Assembly: GCA_023444095.1 (NCBI GenBank)
Contig: JAEZRP010000006.1
Span: 1-64,000 of the forward strand
Direction: 5' to 3'
Length of the DNA stretch: 64,000 nucleotides
Source of the DNA: Bacillota bacterium
Lineage (GTDB): Bacteria > Bacillota > Clostridia > Christensenellales > Aristaeellaceae
In this document: in pieces, positions 30,216-40,200 of the stretch
Layout of the letters: each line of letters begins with the position of its first letter
Position numbering within the stretch: position 1 is the stretch's first letter
Notes under the pieces: generated by a model
Told to the model about the DNA's origin: nothing
Seen by the model: only the letters and a program-made list of their open reading frames with translations
The model's database searches: none
Program-made: the position numbers and the translations under genes

Positions 30216-30944
30216 TTATTCTTCGGATGTGTCGCTCGATACGACGAGCACGCCTTTCGCCACCCCCACGATCACGACCGCCGTGCCGGAGGGGATCATG
30301 TCAGGCTCGTCTGTGACCGCGCTCAGCTCCACGAACGCATCCTGGAGGACGAGCGTGACCTTCCCCTCTCCGGCACGCGCACCGGGGACAGGGATGTAGA
30401 CGCGGGCGACCAGGTCGATCGCGTTTTCGAGGTTCATGTTGCCGCTCTCGGTCAGATATCCGCTGAGCTGGAGGATCTTCGCGACCAGGTACATCGCGGC
30501 GCCGCCGGGAATGAGGCCGATCGCGACCGCGAACGGGCTCGGCACGCCGCCGAGCTTCAGGAGGATCGACGACCAGCTGAAAACGGTAAAGAAGCTGACG
30601 ATGCCCGAGAGCGTGAAGAGCCGGACGGCGTCGATGCCGGGCGCGTGCGCTGGCACGTCGGCTGCATCCGGGCCCGGAACGAGGTCATGACCGTGGAATC
30701 CCGCGACGTCCGCGTCGGGCGCGCCGGAGCCCAGGTCGTGGGAAACGCCCGCGTCCAGCCCGCTCGCATCCAAACTGCCCGCATCCAGTCCACTGGCGTC
30801 CCCGGCATCCGGAATCCCGCCGTGCGCGAAGCCGATGACCGCGAGGATCAGCTGCACAACCAGCAGAAATGTCGAGGGCACAGCGATCACGTAGAGGATG
30901 CGCATCAGCGCGTCGAGAGAGCCCCACCATGCCTGCAGATTCAT
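30216..30944 (-). CDS. NfeD-family membrane protein (flotillin partner)
   Basis: A polytopic N-terminus plus a C-terminal OB-fold-like soluble domain (GKVTLVLQDAFVELSAV). It lies immediately upstream of flotillin. Confidence 0.65.
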   Translation of the reverse strand: MNLQAWWGSLDALMRILYVIAVPSTFLLVVQLILAVIGFAHGGIPDAGDASGLDAGSLDASGLDAGVSHDLGSGAPDADVAGFHGHDLVPGPDAADVPAHAPGIDAVRLFTLSGIVSFFTVFSWSSILLKLGGVPSPFAVAIGLIPGGAAMYLVAKILQLSGYLTESGNMNLENAIDLVARVYIPVPGARAGEGKVTLVLQDAFVELSAVTDEPDMIPSGTAVVIVGVAKGVLVVSSDTSEE

Positions 30945-31230
30945 CGGACCACCTCCCCTCCCCTTCTTAACATATTATAACAATTCTCAAAAAGTGTGTC
31001 AATGAAGCCAGCACCCCTCGAAGCCCTGAATTCGCCTTTTCCCGCCTCAAATATCCGTCCGCGCGCACGGAAGATACATTTGGGCCGCGAAATTGTCCGG
31101 CGTATGCTCCGCAGTGCTTCCTTGACGGTTGCATACTCATATTTCCCTTCGCCGCGCAATCATGGAAAAAACCGCCGCATCTGCCTTGAGGGCAGAGGCG
31201 GCGGCCCACGGTTCAGTCGGCGTGGCGCGA

Positions 31231-32667
31231 TTATTCGGCGTAGAAGTTGTCGAGTTTATAAACGGGGTTCAGCGCCGCGACCCAGGAGGAAAGCTGCTCC
31301 TGCATATAGCTGTCCTGCGCCTCCGTAAGGGCGGCCGTATAGAACGCGTCGCGGATGTCTTCAAGGGGGACCGCGCCGGGCGTCACATCGGAGTGATAGC
31401 TGATGATGTGCACGCCGGAGGAACTGATGACCGGCTCGAGCGTGTAGTCGCCCACGTTCTGAAGCGCCATGGCGGCATCGCGGAAGTGGGTGTCCCAAGT
31501 GGTGGAGGTGGCGGAGACCAGATAGCCGCGCGTCATCGAGGGGTCCTCCTGCATGCCGGGATCCTCGCCGTACTCCGCCATCACGCTGTCGAAGGACTCG
31601 CCGCTGGCGAGCTTCTGATAGATCTCGTCAAGCTTGCCCTGCACGGTCGCGATGCACGCGGCCTTCTTGGTGGCGAGATCCGTCTCAAGGGTCGCGACCT
31701 CGGCCGCCTTCGCGTCGATATCCGCCTGAATGTCGGCGGTGGGACGCGGCGTGGCGGCGGCAGTCGCTTCGGCGGTGGCCTCCGCGGTTGCGGTCGCGTC
31801 GGGCTGGACGGTCGCCTCGGGCGCGGTGGCGGTCGTAAGCTCCGCTTTCAGGGCGTCAAGCGCGGTCTGCGCGGTCGCGAGCGCGGCGTACGCGTCGGTG
31901 ACGGGCGTCAAAACGGACTCGTCGACCTTGACGAGAATGTGCTTCGCCGTGCGGTAGCCCTCGGGCATCCAGGTGATCACCTTCTCGGGATCGTTCATGT
32001 CGGTCTCGAAGGTAGAGAGATTGCTTTCGTAGGCGGCTTGATCCTCGGCGAGCTGCGCCGTGTATGCCGCTTCCAGATCATCGTCGGAAATTTCGGCGAC
32101 ATTTGCCTTGACAACTTCCTCGACCTTGTCGACGATCTTGGTCCACTTCTGCTGGTTGATATACTCTTCGAGCGTCTCGCCCTGCTCGTAGAGCGCGTAC
32201 TCGGTGTTCTTCTGCTTCAGCTCTTCCGAATCGCCCTCGGCGGACTCGTAGGCCTTGTCATAGGCCTCCTGATAGGAGGTCTGTCCGGCGGATTCGCACT
32301 CGGCGATCTCGTCGTCTGTGAGGGTAATGCCCATCTCCTCCGCCTTGAGGAGGGTCGCGCGGGTGTTCATGTGCGCCTCGACGACGTTCTGGAGGATGCC
32401 CTGCGCCTGGGACTCGTCCATCGTGTAGCCGTACATGGAGTAGATGTAGTACATATAGGAGTACTGATTATAATAGTCCGCCGTGACGTCGAACTTGGTG
32501 ACGGTGCCGCCGTCATAGGTCGCGACAGGGGCGGAGTATTCCTTTTTAAGAGTCGCCATGTCTTCGTCCGCCTGCATCACCGGATCGACGGCAATCAGGC
32601 TGCATCCCGTCAGGGTGAGCGCAAGCATGGTCACGATTGACGCGAGCTTGACGAATCTGTTTCTCAT
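31231..32667 (-). CDS. prsA: Lipoprotein peptidyl-prolyl isomerase (PrsA/SurA-like foldase, parvulin domain)
   Basis: A lipobox LTLTGCS, a long SurA-like N-domain and a PPIC-type domain near the C-terminus. Confidence 0.7.
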   Translation of the reverse strand: MRNRFVKLASIVTMLALTLTGCSLIAVDPVMQADEDMATLKKEYSAPVATYDGGTVTKFDVTADYYNQYSYMYYIYSMYGYTMDESQAQGILQNVVEAHMNTRATLLKAEEMGITLTDDEIAECESAGQTSYQEAYDKAYESAEGDSEELKQKNTEYALYEQGETLEEYINQQKWTKIVDKVEEVVKANVAEISDDDLEAAYTAQLAEDQAAYESNLSTFETDMNDPEKVITWMPEGYRTAKHILVKVDESVLTPVTDAYAALATAQTALDALKAELTTATAPEATVQPDATATAEATAEATAAATPRPTADIQADIDAKAAEVATLETDLATKKAACIATVQGKLDEIYQKLASGESFDSVMAEYGEDPGMQEDPSMTRGYLVSATSTTWDTHFRDAAMALQNVGDYTLEPVISSSGVHIISYHSDVTPGAVPLEDIRDAFYTAALTEAQDSYMQEQLSSWVAALNPVYKLDNFYAE

Positions 32668-32773
32668 TCCTTATCTTCCTCTCAATCCTCATCGGTTCGC
32701 GATCCGCATCCCAGACGCAGATATACCTTTATATTATACACATTAATAACGATTTGACAAGGCGTATTCCGCC

Positions 32774-33490
32774 TTAACCTTCAGCCAAAAATTCGAAGAC
32801 GGCCTCCGCGAGTTCGTTTTCACGCTCGGTAAACAGGTTCGCCATCTTCGCGCCGCGCATTTCGAGCAATCGCACGTCCCGGGAACGGGTGCGCGTGCCG
32901 AAGACCGCGACCGATGTGGCGGCGCGCGGACTCAGATCGCCGGGCAGGACCGTCAAAACCGGGCAGACGATGGAAAAGAGATTGTTCCTGGCGATCCGCA
33001 AGACGCGCGACGGCGCTCGCCTCCCCGCACCCCTGCCCACGCCGAAACTCCCGACGGAGATGAGCGCGTCCACGGGATATTGCTCGGTGATGAGCGCCGC
33101 GAGCGGAACGGACTGGCCGAAACCCAGAACCGCGATCCGCTCGGCGCGCTTGCGCAGGCTCTGATACGCCGTCTGCGCCTGCGTGAGCTGCCTCTGCCAT
33201 TCGGGCGTGCGGTCGAAGCGGTCGATGGGCAAGTAGCCGCGAATATCCGCGCGCTCAACGGCCAGCCCGCCCGCCTCCATGCGCTTCGCAAAGCGTCTGG
33301 CGCCCTCCTCGTCCTCGTCCGCAACGATCAGAAGCCCCATGTCGCGCATGGGCTCCGGCTCCGCAAGCTTCCTGCGGTCCATCTCCTCGTATTTGACCTC
33401 GACCTCCTGCGAAAGCAGCTCCGCTCGCGCGCGGAAGTCGAGAAGATCCTCCTCGGTCACGCGTCTTCTCGCCATATGATCCCCCGCCAT
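32774..33490 (-). CDS. Hypothetical protein, possibly a degenerate alpha/beta-hydrolase (DLH-like) fold
   Basis: A 238-aa protein with protein-like composition. I did not see a clear GxSxG and could not assign a family. Confidence 0.35.
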   Translation of the reverse strand: MAGDHMARRRVTEEDLLDFRARAELLSQEVEVKYEEMDRRKLAEPEPMRDMGLLIVADEDEEGARRFAKRMEAGGLAVERADIRGYLPIDRFDRTPEWQRQLTQAQTAYQSLRKRAERIAVLGFGQSVPLAALITEQYPVDALISVGSFGVGRGAGRRAPSRVLRIARNNLFSIVCPVLTVLPGDLSPRAATSVAVFGTRTRSRDVRLLEMRGAKMANLFTERENELAEAVFEFLAEG

Positions 33491-33511
33491 CTCGTCATTG
33501 AATACTGTCCT

Positions 33512-34462
33512 CTATGCGTGCCCGTCCGCGGATATGCGCTCGACCTCGACCAGCGGCAGGAGCCGCTCGTAGTCGCGCGCCTCGAAGGTCCTCGTGCCCT
33601 CGGTCATGCAGGCGGCTGCCGAGCAGGCCACGCCCATGCGAAACACCTCCGAAAGAGGCTTTCCCTCGTGGAAACCCGCCGTCAGCGCCGCGACCATCGA
33701 ATCCCCCGCACCGACGGTGGAACGCACGTTCACGTCCAGCGCGGGCGCCGCGAACGACTCCGCGCCGTCCGTGATGAAAGCGCCCTCCGCGCCCAGGGAC
33801 ACCGCGACGACCTTCACGCCCATTTGGATGATGCAGAGCGCCGCGCGTCGAATGTCGCCCATGGAAGCGAGCGTCTCCCCCGTCATGAGCTCAAGTTCGT
33901 AGCGATTGGGCTTGACGAGGAAGGGCTTCGCCCTGAGGCCCTCCGAGAACCGCGCGCCATCGGCGTCGAGCACGCAGCGGCAGCCCTTTCCTGTCGCGAT
34001 TTCGATGAGCGTCCTGTAATAGTCGATGGGGCAGCCCGGCGGGAGCGAACCTGCGAGCACCATGAAGTCGCCCGGCTTTGCGCGGGCGGCGACGAGCGCG
34101 TTCATCCTCTCGAGCCCCTCGCCCGTCACAGCGCGGCCCGACTGATTGACCTCGGTGATGAGTCCGGTCTTTTCGTCGCGCAGCTTCACGTTCGTGCGCG
34201 CGCGGCCCGGGCAGAGCACGAAATCGCCCTCCGCACCGTTTTCCGCAAGCTTCCCGGAAAACATCGCCGCACTCTCCTCCTGCATGAAGCCCACGCACGC
34301 CGAGGAAATGCCCAGTCGCCGCGCGGCGAGCGCCACATTCATACCCTTGCCGCCCGCGTCGGATTGTTCGGTCAAAACCCGGTTAAGCCCGCCATAAGTA
34401 AAACCGTCGATGGAGAGCGTCAGATCGACGCTCGGATTGAGCGATACTGCCGTTATCATCAT
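33512..34462 (-). CDS. fruK: PfkB-family 1-phosphofructokinase / tagatose-6-phosphate kinase
   Basis: ...GGKGMNVA... and a C-terminal TVGAGDSMVAAL anion hole. The start is at MMITAV with a ggaggc RBS. Confidence 0.8.
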   Translation of the reverse strand: MMITAVSLNPSVDLTLSIDGFTYGGLNRVLTEQSDAGGKGMNVALAARRLGISSACVGFMQEESAAMFSGKLAENGAEGDFVLCPGRARTNVKLRDEKTGLITEVNQSGRAVTGEGLERMNALVAARAKPGDFMVLAGSLPPGCPIDYYRTLIEIATGKGCRCVLDADGARFSEGLRAKPFLVKPNRYELELMTGETLASMGDIRRAALCIIQMGVKVVAVSLGAEGAFITDGAESFAAPALDVNVRSTVGAGDSMVAALTAGFHEGKPLSEVFRMGVACSAAACMTEGTRTFEARDYERLLPLVEVERISADGHA

Positions 34463-34579
34463 GTGCCTCCGCGGTCCGTGATGGGTCAATTATAGCACCC
34501 GGGACGGACAAAAACAACCGCGCGCCATTCCAATCCGCGGATTGATATGTTATACTACAAACATAAGGGGTGATACGAC

Positions 34580-35542
34580 ATGGCCTACTGCGCGGAATCC
34601 TATGCGGCGATGCTGCTTTGCCTCTCGCTTTCCCCGAACAAGGAGGAATACGCGCGCCCGCTCGCGACGATTGAGTACCGCGACCTCGTCGAGCGCGTGA
34701 AGGCGACGTCCGCCCGGCGGCTGAGCGCGCTCATGAATGTCGACATCTCCGGCATCATGCAGCTTCTTTCGATGACCGAGGAGGAGGCGTACCGCGTCTA
34801 CATCCTCATGAGCCGCACGGTGCAGCTCTCCTATGCCATAGAGGGCTTCGCGGAGAGGGACATCCGCATTGTGACCGAATTCGACGACGAGTATCCGCTC
34901 CGGCTCTCCAAGCGCCTTGGCCCCGCCGCTCCGCCGGTCTTTTACCTCTGCGGCGACCATGAGGCGCTCGCACGGCCCTCCATCGGCATCCTCGGCATGA
35001 GCGGGATCAAGACCGCGGCCGAAGTGCGCGCGTCCGTGGAAGCGATCGCGGGCTTCTCCAGGCGCGCGGGCTACCGGGTGGCGACGGGCGGTGAACTGGG
35101 CGTTTCGCGCGTGACGGAAGGCTTCCTTCTTCCGGGCGACGGCGATCTCACCGCGGTCCTCGGCGGCGGACTCCTGGAATACGCGGAGCGCCCGGAGATT
35201 CGGACCCTTTTCAGGGAAGGACGCCTCGTCGCACTCTCGCTCGAGCATCCCGAGGCGCTCTTTACGACGGCGCACGCCATCGCGCGCAACAAACTCCTGA
35301 TGGCGCTTTCCGAAGCGGTATTCATCTTCAACACCGACGGCAAGCGCGGCGAATCGGACGCGCTCCGTTCGAAGGTCTGCGACTGGGTTTACGCCTGGGA
35401 CGGATATCCGGGCAACCAGCCGCTCCTCAACAAAAACGCGATCCCCTTCCACCAGCTCGACCCGAATGCGCTTCAGGAAATGGCCGCGCGCTGGAAGGAC
35501 TCCCGCGTCGAGCAGCTCGACATGTTCGATTTGTTCGACTGA
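34580..35542 (+). CDS. dprA: DNA-processing protein DprA/Smf (divergent)
   Basis: ...DDEYPLRLSKRLGPAAPPVFYLCGD... then IGILGMSG...VATGGELGVSRV...TAVLGGGLLEY matches the DprA Rossmann-fold pattern. An upstream TTGATA...TATACT promoter-like pair is present. Confidence 0.6.
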   Translation: MAYCAESYAAMLLCLSLSPNKEEYARPLATIEYRDLVERVKATSARRLSALMNVDISGIMQLLSMTEEEAYRVYILMSRTVQLSYAIEGFAERDIRIVTEFDDEYPLRLSKRLGPAAPPVFYLCGDHEALARPSIGILGMSGIKTAAEVRASVEAIAGFSRRAGYRVATGGELGVSRVTEGFLLPGDGDLTAVLGGGLLEYAERPEIRTLFREGRLVALSLEHPEALFTTAHAIARNKLLMALSEAVFIFNTDGKRGESDALRSKVCDWVYAWDGYPGNQPLLNKNAIPFHQLDPNALQEMAARWKDSRVEQLDMFDLFD

Positions 35543-35616
35543 CGCGCTCCTCTGCGCCCGCATATTTTCCCCGCACGGGGCAAACAATACGGGAAAAGCG
35601 CAGAGGAGTGGTTTTT

Positions 35617-36878
35617 TGAATCCGTTTGAACTAAGACCCATGCGGGTGGAGGACGGCATTCTCGACTGGAATAGCGTCTACCCCAAGCCCTACGATAAAA
35701 AAACCGTCGACCCCTACACCAAGGTCCGGATCATCCTCATGAACGGGATCGAGGTGGAGGAGGTCTTTTTCAAGCACCAGTTCGAGCGTAACTGCCGGAA
35801 CAACGACCTTCGGCGCGAGCTGGCGCTCTCCCGCCGCGTCGAGCAGCAGCAGCAGAAGCGCATCAACTGGCTCAAGCCCATCGACGAGACGGCGCTTGAG
35901 ACCACCATCGGATACGAGCACGTGGCAGTCGATCTGACTGCCTGGCTCGCGCAGAATGAGCCAAACCAGTACGTCAAGCAGGCGCTCGACTTCGCGCTGC
36001 TCGAGGACTTCGACCACCTGTACCGCTACTCGAACCTACTGGATCTCGACGCGCAGATTCCGGCGGAACAGCTCGTCAAGAGCTACGTGGACATCACGCC
36101 CGGCAGGCCCACCATCGCGGAGCACCGCTTCCCCTTTGATTCGATCAAGAACGCGACCGACTTCAAAACCGCCGATATCAGGACCAAGCTCAACACCCTC
36201 ATCATTACCTCCGGCGAGCAGCAGACCATGAACTTCTATATGAACCTCGGGAACACCTACTTCAACGACCTGGGCAGAAGGCTGTACCTCGAGATCGCGA
36301 TGATCGAGGAGCAGCACGTGAGCCACTACGGCGCGCTTCTTGATCCGAACGCGACGTGGCTTGAGAATCTGCTGCTCCACGAGTATATGGAGTGTTACCT
36401 CTATTACTCCTTCTGGCAGGACGAGCGCGACCCGAATGTCAAGTCCATCTGGGAACTGCACTTCAATCAGGAGGTCTTGCATCTGCACCGAGCGGCTGAC
36501 CTTCTCAGGCAGTACGACAACGAGGACTGGCAGGCGGTCATCCCGGGCGGCGCATTCCCTGCGCTCCTCCAGTTCCACGATACGCGCGATTACGTCCGCA
36601 ACATCCTCGCAAGCCAGATCAACCTGACCGCCCAGATGGAAAACTACACGCCCGTCGACCGTCTGCCGCCGGATTACGAGTTCTTCTTCTATCAGGACAG
36701 GGTCAACCATGACGTCAACGCCGTCGCAAGCCACACGGTTGTGACCGACCACCAGAAGCGCTTCAACGTGGATTACCGCGCGGAATCGCACCCGAACCCC
36801 GTCAAGGAGCTGCAGGACCGCAAGACGGACAACACCTCCGTCGCGCGCACCGCCAAGGTCGGGTCGTTCGCAAAATAA
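35617..36878 (+). CDS. Ferritin-like diiron-carboxylate superfamily protein (unknown function)
   Basis: ExxH/E motifs (IEEQHVSHY, LHEYMECY, NQEVLHLH) suggest a four-helix-bundle diiron site. I chose a TTG start with a gaggag RBS; an alternative ATG lies 8 codons downstream. Confidence 0.5.
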
Positions 36879-36968
36879 CGGAGAACGAGGGCGCTGCCCT
36901 CGGACTCTCGCTCAAGGGGTGGTTCCCTTGAGAATCCCATATAGAAAGGGAAATCACGTTCATTCGTC

Positions 36969-37030
36969 CGACCGCCCGGAGCTGGCTTTCCGATGCAAGC
37001 CAGCCTCCGGGCGGTCGATTTGCATTTTTT
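36969..37030 (+). terminator. Rho-independent terminator (19-bp stem + T-run)
   Basis: gaccgcccggagctggctt...aagccagcctccgggcggtc is followed by GATTTGCATTTTTT. Confidence 0.75.
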
Positions 37031-37050
37031 GAAGTATCTTGTACAAAGTT

Positions 37051-37081
37051 CGGCGGCTCGGGTTTTGCGCCCGAGCCGCCG
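37051..37081 (-). terminator. GC-rich hairpin downstream of the giant surface-protein gene (putative terminator)
   Basis: cggcggctcggg-TTTTGCG-cccgagccgccg; on the minus strand it is followed by AACUUUGUAC. Confidence 0.4.
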
Positions 37082-37255
37082 ATGGATGTGTATCTGTTGA
37101 TCTCCCATTTCGGGATTCCATGGAGCGCCAGCCCATGGAGGTTGGTTTGCCGGAGGCAAACCAAGTCGCTTCGCGACCGTGCGGATCCAATTGCCAGTCG
37201 ATCCGCACGCCGCTGGGAGGGCCTGGGGGCAGAGCCCCCGGACGTTCCTCCCCCG

Positions 37256-40200
37256 TTACGGCATCACGGGATTCGTGAAGTCGATCGTCTCGTCGTCCGT
37301 CATGATGAGCTGCAGGGTGTCGAGCCCGACGTAGGGCTTTTCGGCAATGAGGTCGATCATCTCGAGCGGGACGAACGCCGCGTCTTCCACATACAGGCCG
37401 TTGATGTAGGTCTGCAGGTTCAGAGCCGCGATCATCGTCGCCTCGTCAAACGTGCCCTCGACAGCGCTGCCCTCGACATTCGGATCGAGCGAGAGCCAGC
37501 CCCACAGCACCAGCTTCTGCTGGAAGGCGGCGACGTGCTCGGCATCGGACTTCGCGTCGAGCGGCTGATCCCAGACGAGCTCGGTCGGCATGGGTTCGGC
37601 TGTCGGCTCCGCCGTGGGCTCCGCAGTCGGTTCCGCCGTGGGTTCCGCGGTCGGCTCCGCCGTAGGCTCGGGCGTCGGTTCGGCCTCGGGGCGCACGAGC
37701 GTCACGTAGGACATTTCTCCGTCCGCCTCGGTTCCGTTGATGGGAACCGCGTACACCACCACGTAGTAGGTTTCGCCTTCCGCGAAGTTGGCGTTCTTGA
37801 TGGAGATGCTCGTCTCGGTGGTGCCGGTCAGTTCATTGATCTTCTCCTGGTTGCCGTTCAGGAAGTAGATGTTGTAGCTTGCCACGTCGCCCGACGAGGA
37901 CCAGCTGATTGTGATATTGTCGCCTCCGACGAGATATGCGCTGCCGTCGAAGTCCGCGTAGCCGGAGACTTCGATCTCAGGCACGCCGACGGTGTACACG
38001 GGCTCGGCCGTGGGTTCGGCAGTCGGTTCCGTCGTAGGCTCGACAGTCGGCTCGGCGGTCGGTTCTGCCGTGGGTTCCTGGGTCGGTTCGTTGGTCGGCT
38101 CCGCAGTAGGCTCCGCGGTCGCCTGCTGGATTGCCGCTACCTTGACGATCGTTTCGGCATCGCCGGAGAGCGTATGCGCCACGATCTTCAGGCCGTAGAC
38201 GGCTTCCGCGCCGAGCGCGTCGGAGGCAAGGTTCATGGCCGTCTTGTCGGTGCCCTCGACGGACTTGACGACGTCGCCGTTCCCGTCGAGCAGGTACACG
38301 TCGTAGGTCGCTTCGCCGCCGGTGGACGTCCAGGAGATGAGCGCCGGCTCCGCGCCGATCATATACACGTCGCCTTCAAGTGTCGCGCCCTCGACCGTTA
38401 TCACAATCGTCGCGGGCTGGGCGGGCTCCTGGGTGGGTTCCACGGTCGGCTCGACGGTCGGTTCTTCCGTCGGTTCGACAGTCGGTTCCGCCGTGGGTTC
38501 TTGAGTCGGCTCGTTGGTCGGCTCCGCAGTAGGTTCCTCGGTCGCCTGCTGGATCGCCGCAACCTTGACCGTCTCTTCGGCGTCGCCGAAAGTCGTATGC
38601 GCCACGATCTTCACGCCGTATACTGCTTCCGTACCGAGCGCATTGGAGGCAAGGTTCATGGCCGTCTTGTCGGTGCCCTCGACGGACTTGACGACGTCGC
38701 CGTTCCCGTCGAGCAGGTACACGTCGTAGGTCGCTTCGCCGCCGGTGGACGTCCAGGAAATGTGCGCCGGCTCCGCGCCGATCATATACACGTCGCCTTC
38801 AAGTGTCGCGCCCTCGACCGTTATCACAATCGTCGCGGGTTCGACGGGCTCCTGGGTGGGTTCCTCTGTCGGCTCGGCAGTCGGTTCCGCCGTGATTTCG
38901 GCTGTGACCTCCGCCGTGGGTTCGGGCGTCGCGAGCGCGACGGGCGCGATGGAAATCGTTTCCTCCGCGTCGCCGGAAGCGGTGTGCGCCACAACCTTCA
39001 GGCCGTAGGAGTTGTTCTGCTCGAGGTCGGAGGCGTCGAGCTGCATCGTCGTGTAGCTGGTGTTTTCGGCCTGCTTGAGGACGTTCCCTTCGCCGTCGAG
39101 GAGGTACACGCTGTAGGTCGCCTCGCCGCCGGTCGACGTCCAGGAGAAGGTTGCCGGTTCGACGCCGATGTAGTAGACGTCGCCGTCCATCGCCGCGTTC
39201 TCAACCGTGATCTTGACGCTCGTCGGTTCGTTCGTCGGTTCTGCGGTCGGCTCGGTCGTCGGCTCGGGCGTGGGTTCGGGGGTCGCCTCGGGCTGGACAG
39301 CGGCCACGTAGATGACCTGATCGACGTTACCCGCCGGAGCGTGCGCTTCGATCATGAATCCGTAGACCTTTCCGGCCTCGAGGTCAGCCGCGCTCATGGA
39401 GAACACGGTTTCCGCGTAATTGTCTGACTGGTTCAAGATGTTCCCGTCGGCGTCCATGAGGTACAGGCTGTAGCCCGTAACCTCGCCCGTCGTCATCCAG
39501 CCGATGGTTGCGGGGGTCTCGCCGATGTACCACACGTCGTCGATGCGGTTGGCGTTTTCAACCGTCACGGAGAGGGTCACATCCTCCGCTTCCTCGCCCT
39601 CCGTCGGGGGCTCGGTGGGATCGGGCTCCTCCTCGGTCGCCATCAGCGCGACGCTGGCGGTCTTGCCCTCGGATTCGTTGCCGTCCTCGGGGTAAGCGAG
39701 GATCTGCAGGTAGTAGGTTTCATCCTCAGTCAGTTCGTCGGGCAAGATTTGGAGGCTGCCGGTTGGGATGTCCTCGTACGACATCAGCACGTTCCCGCCG
39801 CCGTCGATGACGTAGGCGTTGTAGAGCATCCCGGCCACGGCCTCCCAGTTGATGGTCGCGCCGCTTCCGCCGATGATATAGATGTTGCCGTTGATGATGA
39901 CGTCGCCCGAGATATTGATGATCGGGACGATGATCGTCGGGCCGGGCGTCACGGAAGGCGTGGGCGTCGGCTCAATCGTCGGAAGGACGATGGGCGGCTC
40001 GGGGGTCGGACTCGGCGTGGGCGTCGGCTCGACGCGCGCGGGAGTCATGATGGCGATTTCGGTATACTTCGCATCGTCCATCGTGCCGTTCACGGGCACC
40101 GCGAATACGGCGATGTTGTACCGCGATTCAGCGTCGAGCGCGGTCACATCCAGCTGCATGTTCGTGGCGTTGAGCTTGCCGGCCTGCAGGTTGTAGCCGT

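Noticed and set aside
28763-30316. 517-aa plus-strand ORF
   Set aside because: It is antisense to the flotillin gene, whose SPFH domain and coiled-coil are unambiguous on the minus strand.
37082-39427. 781-aa plus-strand ORF and its shorter neighbours (37992..39008, 39508..40735)
   Set aside because: They are antisense to the giant repeat-protein gene. Gly/Val/Arg-rich mirror repeats arise from the PT-linker codons read backwards. There is no signal peptide or domain logic; the minus-strand product has recognisable PG-binding domains.
37600-39700. Short periodic DNA repeats (PT-linker codons) as possible CRISPR or satellite
   Set aside because: The periodicity is in-frame coding repetition (PEPT/AEPT linkers and Ig-like modules) within one ORF. 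There are no repeat-spacer architecture and no cas genes.
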